Source: a virus
Lineage: Duplodnaviria > Heunggongvirae > Uroviricota > Caudoviricetes
Direction: 5' to 3' (one strand)
DNA: 64,000 nt
Virus record (IMG/VR): IMGVR_UViG_3300032335_000499
The notes beneath the pieces were generated by a model, which saw only the letters and a program-made list of their open reading frames with translations, was not told the origin of the DNA and ran no database searches. Position 1 is the stretch's first letter. Every line of letters starts with the position of its first letter. The translations under genes were made by a program, and so were the position numbers. Below are positions 47,951-56,924 of the stretch, one piece after another.

Positions 47951-48469
47951 ATGGCATCTTACGTATATACAGGTAATGCAGTATCACAGCAATCAGCTAA
48001 TATTGCTACAGACAAAATTAGAATATCAACTACAGGCGTAGCTATTCACGCCGTAACAGGCTATCCTAGAGTAGCCGGTACTGGAACAGCCACAGCAGCA
48101 ACTAACTCAGTAACAGTTACTGGTGTAGGAACTGCATTTAACACTCAGCTAGAAATCGGCGCTTGGATAGGAAATACCACTGGAACAACAGTAGGAATTG
48201 TAGCAAATATTGCTAATGCTACTAGTTTGACGCTAACTGCAAACGCAGGAGTAGCCCTATCAAATGTTGCATACACTTTTAATAATGCAGGTGTTCCTTA
48301 CGCAATTGCTACCCAGCAGTCAGCGATTTATTCTGCTAATGACAGCTATAATAGCGTTTATTGCGGTCAAGGCAACGTAGTGGCGTTCCTTACAACAGGC
48401 GGCGGAGCCGGATCAGAATTCAGTATTACAGAATTAGGCATGCCACATGCCAATACAGGTACCGAATAA
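47951..48469 (+). CDS. virion structural protein
   Basis: T/A/G/N-rich, AAGGA RBS, follows the fibre gene. Confidence 0.7.
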   Translation: MASYVYTGNAVSQQSANIATDKIRISTTGVAIHAVTGYPRVAGTGTATAATNSVTVTGVGTAFNTQLEIGAWIGNTTGTTVGIVANIANATSLTLTANAGVALSNVAYTFNNAGVPYAIATQQSAIYSANDSYNSVYCGQGNVVAFLTTGGGAGSEFSITELGMPHANTGTE

Positions 48470-48483
48470 TTTCGCAATAAAGC

Positions 48484-48553
48484 TAAATACATTGTAACGT
48501 TCTCAATGAGGAGAACTTATGCAGTACCCACTGCGTAGCGACTAGAACTCGCT
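48484..48553 (+). promoter_or_regulatory. late promoter and three-hairpin structured leader RNA
   Basis: TAAATA at 48484; GTTCTC/GAGAAC, TATGCAGT/ACTGCGTA and GCGA/TCGC stems. Confidence 0.6.
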
Positions 48554-48571
48554 TTTCAAAGGAGAAAACAA

Positions 48572-49870
48572 ATGGGTAGACCACTAAAAATTGCTAAATC
48601 ACAGGCAGTCATTACTATTACTGCAACTGCTGCTGCAACGGATATCGTAACAACTTCAGCAAACTTCACTAATCTCGGCATCATTGCAGGTATGCCATTC
48701 GTAACCGCATCTAACGTTGGCGGACTAATTGCTGGCACACTCTACTGGATTCTTCAAGTAGTAAATGCTGGAAATAACAGTACATTTACTGTTTCTGCAA
48801 CTCCACTAAACGCTAACCCAACTTCAGCTAAGGTTGACTTGTCATCTACTTCAGGTCAAACTATTGCAACTACTGTTGCTCCAGTTGATATGTATTTCAA
48901 CAATCCAAACGGTCCTCAGTGGCCAGCAACAAACGCAAACACTTACTCAGTAGTCGGTGGCAACACTGCACAATACGGTAAGCAAGTACTTGCTAACGTT
49001 GGATTTGGTGTTCAAGGTACAGGTACACAATTAGCAAGTACAAGTAGCAATGTTATAGTTGGTTTAGGTACTGACTTTGCTAATATCGCTAATGGTACAA
49101 TTATCTTTGCTCAGTATGGAACAAAAGGTTACGGTGCTAATACAGTAATAGGAACAGGCGCTGTAACATTAATAGGTACAGTTGCCGACAACGTTGGTGA
49201 TGTAACAGTAGCAGTCGCTAACTCAACTGCAACAGGTAACGTCATTCGCACAAGTGGAAATGCACAGACACTTGTGTTGGACGGCGCAGTAACTTTTGAT
49301 ACAGCATTCGGCGGACTATCAGCAGATACAGCTTACTTTGTCAAAACAATTGCCAATGCGACAGCATTCACTGTTTCTGCAACACCAGGTGGTGCACCAC
49401 AAGCAGTTACATCAAACGCAAGTGTAACAGCAAATGCTATTCAGCAACAACTAGTGTTGGATGCTGATGCGGCAAATAATAGCACGGGTGTAAGTGGTGC
49501 AGGTGATACATTCATTCAAGTATTACCAGAAGCAGGCTACATTGTTCGTCAAAAGGGCAAGCAGAAGTATCTCGTAACAGGTACTACAACTGGTCTAACT
49601 GGTGCAGTTTATACTGCTAACGTTGCAAATACTGCATTGCTTCCAAACACAATGACAATCACTGCAACTTATGCTAACTCAGGTACTGTTAATGTTCAGA
49701 GCCTCAGCGATCACACTGCTGAACTCTTTACTGCAACATCTGGTCCAGTTGCAACAGGTAACATCGTATTGCAGAACGCTAACCCAGCATTCTCAACATT
49801 CAATGCTGCCGCTGCTGCAAATGCAAACCCAGGTCAGCCTTACCCAATTGTACAAATTGGCAACGCATAA
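48572..49870 (+). CDS. virion structural protein
   Basis: MGRPLK start, YIVRQKGKQKYLV motif, beta-rich composition. Confidence 0.75.
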   Translation: MGRPLKIAKSQAVITITATAAATDIVTTSANFTNLGIIAGMPFVTASNVGGLIAGTLYWILQVVNAGNNSTFTVSATPLNANPTSAKVDLSSTSGQTIATTVAPVDMYFNNPNGPQWPATNANTYSVVGGNTAQYGKQVLANVGFGVQGTGTQLASTSSNVIVGLGTDFANIANGTIIFAQYGTKGYGANTVIGTGAVTLIGTVADNVGDVTVAVANSTATGNVIRTSGNAQTLVLDGAVTFDTAFGGLSADTAYFVKTIANATAFTVSATPGGAPQAVTSNASVTANAIQQQLVLDADAANNSTGVSGAGDTFIQVLPEAGYIVRQKGKQKYLVTGTTTGLTGAVYTANVANTALLPNTMTITATYANSGTVNVQSLSDHTAELFTATSGPVATGNIVLQNANPAFSTFNAAAAANANPGQPYPIVQIGNA

Positions 49871-49880
49871 GGAATAAACG

Positions 49881-50198
49881 ATGGCTCAGGCTTCTACAGT
49901 TCAAAAGATTAAAGAGACTGAGACCGAAATTGCAGTCCTTCAGGTACAGTATGGATATCTAAATGAAAAAATGGATGATATCAAAACTGACCTGAAGGAC
50001 TTGCGCTCTCATATTGATGGCCATGCCCTCGCAGCACAACAACTCATTACAAATTTTCAAGAAGAAAATAAAGAACAACACGCAAAGGTTGAAAAGAAAG
50101 TATCTGCTCTAGAAAAATGGAGATGGATGCTTATGGGAGCTGGTGTATTAGCTGGGGCATTGGGATGGCCTACTCTAGAAAAATTACTCGGTATCTAA
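49881..50198 (+). CDS. coiled-coil protein with C-terminal TM (XhlA/holin-like)
   Basis: Coiled coil followed by LEKWRWMLMGAGVLAGALG. Confidence 0.55.
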   Translation: MAQASTVQKIKETETEIAVLQVQYGYLNEKMDDIKTDLKDLRSHIDGHALAAQQLITNFQEENKEQHAKVEKKVSALEKWRWMLMGAGVLAGALGWPTLEKLLGI

Positions 50199-50600
50199 TC
50201 AAGTAAGACTATTCAACTTTTCAATTACAATATCAATATTCACAGTAGAAAATAATCCGGGGTGTAAAGGCTTCGGATATTGTCCTTCTGTTACCCAGGC
50301 ATAACCGACATGCTCATCATTCAATGCAGGAATAAATTCTTCTTCGACTTCACAGAAAAAAGTATGATATACAAATGCGTTGTTCACAAACTTCTGAATG
50401 GGTATTAATTTTAGTTCAGAAATATCAAATTTCATTTCTTCATCGCATTCTCTTGCAATACCCTCAAACAATGTCTCATCTTGTTCAATGCCCCCACCTG
50501 GTATACTCCATGTAGGACTTCTTGAGTCAGTTCTTAGCAAATAAAGATAACGGTGAGTAGATTTACTGTAAAAGAAAACGCCGGCAGCTTGATGGGTCAT
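50199..50600 (-). CDS. NUDIX hydrolase
   Basis: WSIPGGGIEQDETLFEGIARECDEEM Nudix box. Confidence 0.9.
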   Translation of the reverse strand: MTHQAAGVFFYSKSTHRYLYLLRTDSRSPTWSIPGGGIEQDETLFEGIARECDEEMKFDISELKLIPIQKFVNNAFVYHTFFCEVEEEFIPALNDEHVGYAWVTEGQYPKPLHPGLFSTVNIDIVIEKLNSLT

Positions 50601-51973
50601 AAAACTATACTATAATCACCTTGCTCATACCAACCCTCGTAAGATTTCATCCACATACCTTCTGAAGGAACATATCTATACTGTACGTTTGTAGTGAGAT
50701 TGGTTACAAATTCTACGTTATTAGCGTTGATACTATCAAATGAAACTTGCCATTCGCCAGCGTTAGCATTATATTGGATGATATCGTTAGCATACGCTAC
50801 TAGATCGCCCCAAGCTACAGTAGTATCTCCTTCAGAACCAATGTCCTCTACAATAAGATATCTTACACCTGGAGTAGGTCCGGGCAATCCTGCATTAGGT
50901 GCAGTCAATTGAGGATTAATAACGCTGGTTACCGGGGACATTGTGTTTTGCGGCAGCGTATCAGGGTCAATGCTATAAATTAAGTATCTATCGTCAAGTG
51001 GATCAGGTACAATAGTTCCTACAATGTCATCTGCGATATATGGATTCTGTAGCCAAATCTGACTAATACCAGGCTTTACTGCTCCGTATACGTTAAGCAA
51101 ACTAGCCCAGTATAAGCTAGTGTTTGGATTAGTAGGTTGTTCTAGTGATGAATTAGGAGGATAGAGTGCTTCGTTTGCAGGTAGTAACTGTAGTTGATTA
51201 CCTTGCAGTAGTAATTTATATCCGTATGGGGTAATCTTTTGCCGAGTTCCCAGTAATAAATCGTCATCTTGCATATCTTGGAAAGCATTACCTTTAAAAA
51301 TAGAAGCGATAACTTTATGAATCACTCCCATCTTCTTAAGCTTACTTGACGTTGTAATCCAAATCGGCATATAGAATTTCCAAGTCATAACATCAATTGG
51401 ATTTCCGGTACCTTGTGGAATGCTTCTACTTGAGAACGTCAACCCATCTTGATACACTACTGTCAATGAAGTCCAGTCTACAAAGTTGTCAGTGCTTTGA
51501 ATATCTAATGCAGGGTTAAACAGTACCCCAAGCTGCTCAATTAGTTCTAGCTTCTGTTGATAATTTGTAGTCCAAAAATCAACAGTAATTCTTAATTTAT
51601 ACGGAACAGGCATCATTCTTTCTAATGTAAATGCTTGCCCTTGAGTCTGTTCGAATTCACCGGTGTCTTGATTAACTGCACGTTGACGAATTTGCATTTT
51701 ATCTACGAAGAATGGGTCTTGTGTTCTGCTTTGTTCGTACTCTAGCCCACTAACATAATAAGTAATCATCGGCGCTGAGGGCAAGTTACTAGCACTGTTA
51801 TTAGCAATAATAGTGGCAGCTTGTCTACTACTATCACCATACATAATAGGAACTCTAACAAGAATTTCATTACCGTTAGGATCTTTGCCTCTGGTGACAT
51901 ACCAATTGCTAAAAATCTTAGCAAATTGAATTAGAAATCTTCTAATCTGATTATCGTAAAAGAAGGCAGCCAA
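50597..51973 (-). CDS. tail terminator / sheath stabiliser (T4 gp15-like) with C-terminal extension
   Basis: FFYDNQIRRF..QF, VPIMYG, MPVPY, LELIEQL..LFNP; TTG start with AAGGA. Confidence 0.75.
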   Translation of the reverse strand: MAAFFYDNQIRRFLIQFAKIFSNWYVTRGKDPNGNEILVRVPIMYGDSSRQAATIIANNSASNLPSAPMITYYVSGLEYEQSRTQDPFFVDKMQIRQRAVNQDTGEFEQTQGQAFTLERMMPVPYKLRITVDFWTTNYQQKLELIEQLGVLFNPALDIQSTDNFVDWTSLTVVYQDGLTFSSRSIPQGTGNPIDVMTWKFYMPIWITTSSKLKKMGVIHKVIASIFKGNAFQDMQDDDLLLGTRQKITPYGYKLLLQGNQLQLLPANEALYPPNSSLEQPTNPNTSLYWASLLNVYGAVKPGISQIWLQNPYIADDIVGTIVPDPLDDRYLIYSIDPDTLPQNTMSPVTSVINPQLTAPNAGLPGPTPGVRYLIVEDIGSEGDTTVAWGDLVAYANDIIQYNANAGEWQVSFDSINANNVEFVTNLTTNVQYRYVPSEGMWMKSYEGWYEQGDYSIVL

Positions 51974-52054
51974 AACATAATTCCTTGCATAAATAGTTGT
52001 GAGTCACGGTATTGGAACTACCCACTCACTCTAATGCTATAAAGGAGCACCAGC

Positions 52055-52756
52055 ATGATTATTTATCTATATCACAAACGTCATCTTAAAACAGGACTTA
52101 ATTACTTTGGCAAAACGACATCTGAACCGTATACCTATGCGGGATCAGGAAAATATTGGAAACGACATTTAAATAAGCATGGTCTAGACATAGAGACTGT
52201 TTCTGTTTGGGAATTTCAGAATCAAGAAGATTGCACTGACTTTGCACTAAGATTTTCTACAGAAAATGATATAGTTGAGTCTAAAGATTGGGCCAATTTA
52301 AAAGCCGAAAATGGTAAAGATGGTGGCGATCCTGGACCAGCAGGACGGAAAAAAATTGCTGAAGCGCATGTCGGTAGAAAACACTCAGTAGAACAAAATA
52401 AACAAAAAAGCAACCGACAAACTGGAATAAAGCGTTCTCCTGAATATCTTGCAAAAAAGGTAGGCAAGAAATATAAAAAATCAAAAGAAAGAACCGCACC
52501 AAATAAAAATAAAGGAAGACCTTTGCCTAAAGCTTGGGTAGAGAAAAGTGCAACCTCTAGAAGAGGGATGAAATACAATATAGTGACATGTCCTCACTGT
52601 AATAAACAGGGAGGGTCATCATCAATGCCTAGATGGCACTTTGATAATTGTAAACTAAAATCTTATACTACTGGGGGAACAGGGGGTAGCGTCGGCTGTA
52701 ATACCGACGATAGTGGCTGTGCCTGCGGAACAAATGTTCCTTCACTATTTAGATAG
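52055..52756 (+). mobile_element. free-standing GIY-YIG (Seg-like) homing endonuclease gene
   Basis: IYLY...YFGKT...YAGSGKYW, NUMOD3-like basic repeats, CPHC..G....M.RWHFDNC; opposite strand to flanking genes. Confidence 0.85.
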
Positions 52757-54387
52757 ATTTCTTCTTGATCATTAATAAATCCTGATAGTTGCGATTTATC
52801 CTCGACAGTGAATCCAGTCTCAGTTCTTACGTTCTCACTGATTCTAACCCAAATTCTACCGTCCCAACGATACAATAGCTGGGGATTGTAGTCTATGCGT
52901 AAGAAATAGTCCCCGACTTGCGGATTCTGCGGAAACGCAATACCAGCGCCAGTCGGATAACCATTAGGTGCTTGACCGTCGCCAGTAAGCATTCCTGCTG
53001 AGTAACCAAATGATCTAGGACTCGAACGAACAATAAACTGATATCTAGGATCACAGTCTGCACGATAGTCCATTTGCTGAGTAATGTCACCGGTGAATCC
53101 GGGTAGTTCAGGATTTTGATCTGCGGTAGCATAGGTATTATCAGCAGTTCCGTATGGTCCGTCGATGATGCCAAACGATTGCACTGATAATAGCTTAGTA
53201 GTTTCTACTGAACCAGAACCACTTCCGATTCTTTCTGGAGCCTGCTCGACCATTTCTAAACTTGCTTGTACGAATTTATTAATTTTGTCATCCATTGACA
53301 TATGGTCACTATCTGCGGTCATATCCCAAATAGATTGCAGTGCATTTTTTGATACTTTGATGCCTGCACTTGCATATTTGTACTTTGGATTACGCATATA
53401 GACAACCTGCCCAGACGGTGATGTATTGCTAGTTGTAGGAATTGTGTTAACATCAATTGGCGGCGCAGGTTGATTATACTTACCGGATAGTGTAGTGTTT
53501 GACTCGTACTCGCCGTATGTTGGAACAACATATAGCTTACTAGTATCGTATCCTGCTTTGGGTACTAACCTCTGTGCTTCTCGTAGTGCAGCATCATTGA
53601 TTGCGATGTTCTTACTATAGGTTGAGAGAATACTAGCCAAACTATCATTTTCCTTTAGCAACCAATATGTTGGGTTAGGAGGACTAATTCCAATCGGAAC
53701 TTCTATAATTGATTCGTAAATTTTGTCTCCGAACGCAATAGTATAGCCCGGTGGATAAGTTCTATCCTTATCCCAATCACCGAGATAGTTGTCTTGATTG
53801 ATCGGCTCTTTAAGAATGTCAGTAAATTCTTCACTGTTGACAAGTGGTTCACACTTAATACGCCATAAGTGAGGATACCAAGTTTGACTAAAGCCCTCAC
53901 TTGCATAGTTACTATCCGTAATTTGATAGAATCTCTTTAATGCAACTGGAATAGTTTCGTTGAGTGGATTGTAATCAAGTAAGTGCGGAAGTTCCAGTAC
54001 GTCACCGACCATAAGTTTTCTACCTACAAGATCTATCATATCGTTGTAGTGGACAGTGATAAAGATGATATCATTATTCAGGAACAGCCCGAATTGGCTT
54101 AAGTCAAAATCTAAGTTCTGTACGTTATAGTGACCACGTAAACGATAGATATCTTTGTCATACTTTCTATCTCGGTTCTCTAAGAACAACAAGTCTTGAA
54201 TGTTTAATGGGTCTAGCGTATCATAGTTGGGCTGAGTAAAATCAGTTGAAGTATCACCTGTTGCTGGACCTAAATATTTGTGAATATATAGGTCTGTGCC
54301 GCCCACGGTGAATTGCTCGGCTATCGTTCTGTCTAGAAAGCGATAGTCGTTTTGTTTGTTCGAACGATATAAACTTAACTTTGGCAT
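52663..54387 (-). CDS. neck/head-closure protein (T4 gp14-like) with extensions
   Basis: MPKLSLYR start 5 nt after TAAATA; DLSQFGLFL, GDVLELPH, WYPHLWRIKC. Confidence 0.7.
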   Translation of the reverse strand: MPKLSLYRSNKQNDYRFLDRTIAEQFTVGGTDLYIHKYLGPATGDTSTDFTQPNYDTLDPLNIQDLLFLENRDRKYDKDIYRLRGHYNVQNLDFDLSQFGLFLNNDIIFITVHYNDMIDLVGRKLMVGDVLELPHLLDYNPLNETIPVALKRFYQITDSNYASEGFSQTWYPHLWRIKCEPLVNSEEFTDILKEPINQDNYLGDWDKDRTYPPGYTIAFGDKIYESIIEVPIGISPPNPTYWLLKENDSLASILSTYSKNIAINDAALREAQRLVPKAGYDTSKLYVVPTYGEYESNTTLSGKYNQPAPPIDVNTIPTTSNTSPSGQVVYMRNPKYKYASAGIKVSKNALQSIWDMTADSDHMSMDDKINKFVQASLEMVEQAPERIGSGSGSVETTKLLSVQSFGIIDGPYGTADNTYATADQNPELPGFTGDITQQMDYRADCDPRYQFIVRSSPRSFGYSAGMLTGDGQAPNGYPTGAGIAFPQNPQVGDYFLRIDYNPQLLYRWDGRIWVRISENVRTETGFTVEDKSQLSGFINDQEEIYLNSEGTFVPQAQPLSSVLQPTLPPVPPVV

Positions 54388-54404
54388 ATAGTTATTTATC
54401 GGAA

Positions 54405-54442
54405 AAAAAAGGTTGACATGGTTACCCAAAACTGTTATAAGA
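54405..54442 (+). promoter_or_regulatory. sigma70 promoter, direct repeat copy 1
   Basis: AAAAAAGGTTGACATGGTTACCCAAAACTGTTATAAGA (TTGACA-N17-TATAAG). Confidence 0.85.
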
Positions 54443-54476
54443 GTATATCAGCAACAGAAATGAAAAGTTGAGTATC

Positions 54477-55028
54477 ATGAAAATTAAAACTTCAGTCGAA
54501 AAGATCATCGTTTCTATGAATGATCGTCCTCGCTGTATTACACCTGGTTGTAACAACGCCGGGCAGCTAGTAAATCGTAATGTTTTTGGTCAGCCAATCT
54601 TCCGCTCATATTGCAGTTCGTGCCACACTAAGCGCCGGATTCGATTCCAAGAGAAACTGGCAGCTACTGACCGCCGGTCTGCTCCATGTTGTTCTGCTCC
54701 CGGATGCCGCAAAAAAACGAGTATATCCGGCACAAACCGAAAAGGTGAACTTAAGTTTACTACCTATTGCCCGGAACATGTGGGGCTTGCTTCTGCACAC
54801 CTTGCATTTCGTAAAACATATTGTGAAAATCTTGACAGCCGATTTGGGTTTACTTGCACAACTACCATCATGCTAATGGCACAACTTGAAGTTGATCATA
54901 TTGACGGTAACCCGTACAACAATGATCCAAATAATTTACAAACACTTTGCAGTTGCTGCCACAAGTATAAAACAATTACTAATCGTGATTATGCTACCCC
55001 GGGTAGAAAAAAGCTGAAAAAAGGTTGA
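54477..55028 (+). CDS. HNH endonuclease with Cys-rich Zn-ribbon repeats
   Basis: LEVDHIDGNPYNNDPNNLQTLCSCCH; two C..PGC units. Confidence 0.85.
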   Translation: MKIKTSVEKIIVSMNDRPRCITPGCNNAGQLVNRNVFGQPIFRSYCSSCHTKRRIRFQEKLAATDRRSAPCCSAPGCRKKTSISGTNRKGELKFTTYCPEHVGLASAHLAFRKTYCENLDSRFGFTCTTTIMLMAQLEVDHIDGNPYNNDPNNLQTLCSCCHKYKTITNRDYATPGRKKLKKG

Positions 55029-55054
55029 CACGGTTACCCAAAACTGCTATAAGA
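55017..55054 (+). promoter_or_regulatory. sigma70 promoter, direct repeat copy 2
   Basis: AAAAAAGGTTGACACGGTTACCCAAAACTGCTATAAGA; 2 mismatches to copy 1. Confidence 0.85.
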
Positions 55055-55077
55055 AGACTATAGCAAGGAGATAGTGT

Positions 55078-55281
55078 ATGGGATATCGTGTTCTTCGTGA
55101 CCGTGAGACTAAGTATCAGCCGCGCAAGGGTCTTGAAGGTCCCTTCTTCTATCCAAACGGTCGAGTAACATACTACGACCCGAAAGAGGGCGCATACTGG
55201 GACCCAACAACTGACTTTTATCTGTCTTTTGAGGAACAGAACGAACTCCAAAATATGATTTTTGATAAACTTAAGGCTTGA
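55078..55281 (+). CDS. hypothetical early protein
   Basis: GLEGPF...YYDPKEGAYWDPTTD; AAGGAG RBS. Confidence 0.8.
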   Translation: MGYRVLRDRETKYQPRKGLEGPFFYPNGRVTYYDPKEGAYWDPTTDFYLSFEEQNELQNMIFDKLKA

Positions 55282-55306
55282 CATTGCAAGCCTACCGTTG
55301 TATAGT
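55278..55306 (+). promoter_or_regulatory. sigma70-type early promoter
   Basis: TTGACA-N17-TATAGT. Confidence 0.8.
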
Positions 55307-55338
55307 GATATATAAGCTGATAATTCAGGAGATATAAT

Positions 55339-56499
55339 ATGGCTCGTCGCCCCGCAATCATCAAAGCTAAGTCTACTAAGAAGACTACTCGTGCCCCTCG
55401 TCGCGGCGTCAATCGCTTTAGCTTGATGCCCACTGACAATTGGGATAAGGCTAGGTTCTTTGCTCACTATGATGTTGAGCGCAAAGATTGCGGCAACAAG
55501 GTTAGGGAGTATATCAAACAGAACTTTCCTAAAGATGTACTGACTAAGATCAATCGTCTTCCTGATTGGAAGGTTGATATGTATAGTCATTGGGCTGCTA
55601 CTGCCCATCTTCTTGAAGTTAATCCTAATCTTGTTCCAGATGGCTATAAGACTGGTCTCGTTAAGTGGATTGAGACGCTTGCCATTGAAGGTTCTGCACT
55701 CACTGCTAAGAAAGAAGAAACCGAAGGTGAAGAGAAGCCTAAGAAGGTAGTCAACATTCAGGAAATTATGCGTGAAAAGGCTGATGAAGCCTTCGGCGAC
55801 ATTGAAGCACTGTTTGACGAATTTATTGATTCGGGCTGCTCTAAGGATTTCAGCGTTGACAAGAAGGTGGTAGGCGCACTGGCTACTCGTAATATTCTCC
55901 CGCAGCATATGGCTAGTGCTATCAAGCGTTATCAACGACTGCTTGACGAATATCTTGAAGTTCAGGGTGGCAAGTGCGATCAATTGAACGAGGGCTATAG
56001 TCACTATAGCAAGATGCAAATCCGTTACGCTATCAAGATTATCGAAGACATTATCGCCGAAATGAATGGCTACATCAGTCTTAAGCAGGCTACTAAGAAG
56101 CCTCGTGCTAAGAAGGCTGTACCTGTTGAAAAGATTGTCGCTCGTCTTAAGTATTGTAAGGCGTTTAAGGACGATGCACTCATGCTTGAACTTACTGGTC
56201 TAAGCCCCGTTAAGCTTCATGAGAGCACCGAAGCTTGGGTCTATGACACTAAGAAGCGTAAGATGCATCACTACGTTGCAGACGCTTACAGTAAGTGTCT
56301 GATGGTCAAGGGCAATACTATCATTGGTTTTGACAAGAAAGAAAGCGGCATGAAGACGCTTCGCAAGCCTGTTGAACAGATTAAGGCGTTGATGGGTAGT
56401 AAGCCCGTTGCTCGTAAGTATTTCAAGGAGATCAAGGCTGTTGAGGCTGTACCAAATGGTCGCTTCAATGCTGATATGGTCATCCTCAAAGCATTCTAA
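55339..56499 (+). CDS. hypothetical early protein
   Basis: 386 aa, AGGAG RBS, C-terminal KTLRKP...NGRFN. Confidence 0.8.
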   Translation: MARRPAIIKAKSTKKTTRAPRRGVNRFSLMPTDNWDKARFFAHYDVERKDCGNKVREYIKQNFPKDVLTKINRLPDWKVDMYSHWAATAHLLEVNPNLVPDGYKTGLVKWIETLAIEGSALTAKKEETEGEEKPKKVVNIQEIMREKADEAFGDIEALFDEFIDSGCSKDFSVDKKVVGALATRNILPQHMASAIKRYQRLLDEYLEVQGGKCDQLNEGYSHYSKMQIRYAIKIIEDIIAEMNGYISLKQATKKPRAKKAVPVEKIVARLKYCKAFKDDALMLELTGLSPVKLHESTEAWVYDTKKRKMHHYVADAYSKCLMVKGNTIIGFDKKESGMKTLRKPVEQIKALMGSKPVARKYFKEIKAVEAVPNGRFNADMVILKAF

Positions 56500-56510
56500 A
56501 AGGAAAATAT

Positions 56511-56924
56511 ATGACAACTCAAATTGATTTAAACAAGTACGCAGATTTTGTTCTTACTGTAGCGTCGGAACCTAGCAAGGATGCAGAAACATTTGTAGAG
56601 CATGTTCGTAAGCTACACAACAACAGCCGTGTTAATATCCCGTTGCTACTCACTTCAGGTATCGGTCTTGCTAGTGAAGGTGGAGAGTTCAACGAAATCG
56701 TGAAGAAGATTTTCTTTCAGGGTAAGCCCCTCAACGAAGAAAACATTTTTCATATGAAGCGTGAACTAGGCGATATTATGTGGTATTGGATGAACGCTTG
56801 TAACGCACTTGGTCTTGATCCTAACGATGTTATTGCTGAAAACGTTAGCAAGCTAGAAGCACGTTATCCAGGCGGCGAGTTTGATGCACACTACAGCGAG
56901 AACCGCAAAGAAGGTGACTTGTGA
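56511..56924 (+). CDS. mazG: MazG-like NTP pyrophosphohydrolase
   Basis: GLASEGGEFNEIVKK, ELGDIMWY, NVSKLEARYP. Confidence 0.9.
   Translation: MTTQIDLNKYADFVLTVASEPSKDAETFVEHVRKLHNNSRVNIPLLLTSGIGLASEGGEFNEIVKKIFFQGKPLNEENIFHMKRELGDIMWYWMNACNALGLDPNDVIAENVSKLEARYPGGEFDAHYSENRKEGDL

Noticed and set aside
54388-54429. Upstream extension of the gp14-like ORF given in the track (start 54429)
   Set aside because: It runs through the late promoter and the divergent sigma70 promoter; MPKLSLYR at 54387 is the better start. Likewise 57991 was trimmed to 58045 and 43852 to 43873
54994-56019. 341-aa minus-strand ORF
   Set aside because: Antisense shadow of the plus-strand genes at 55078 and 55339, which have promoters, RBSs and biased codons; no motif in the shadow
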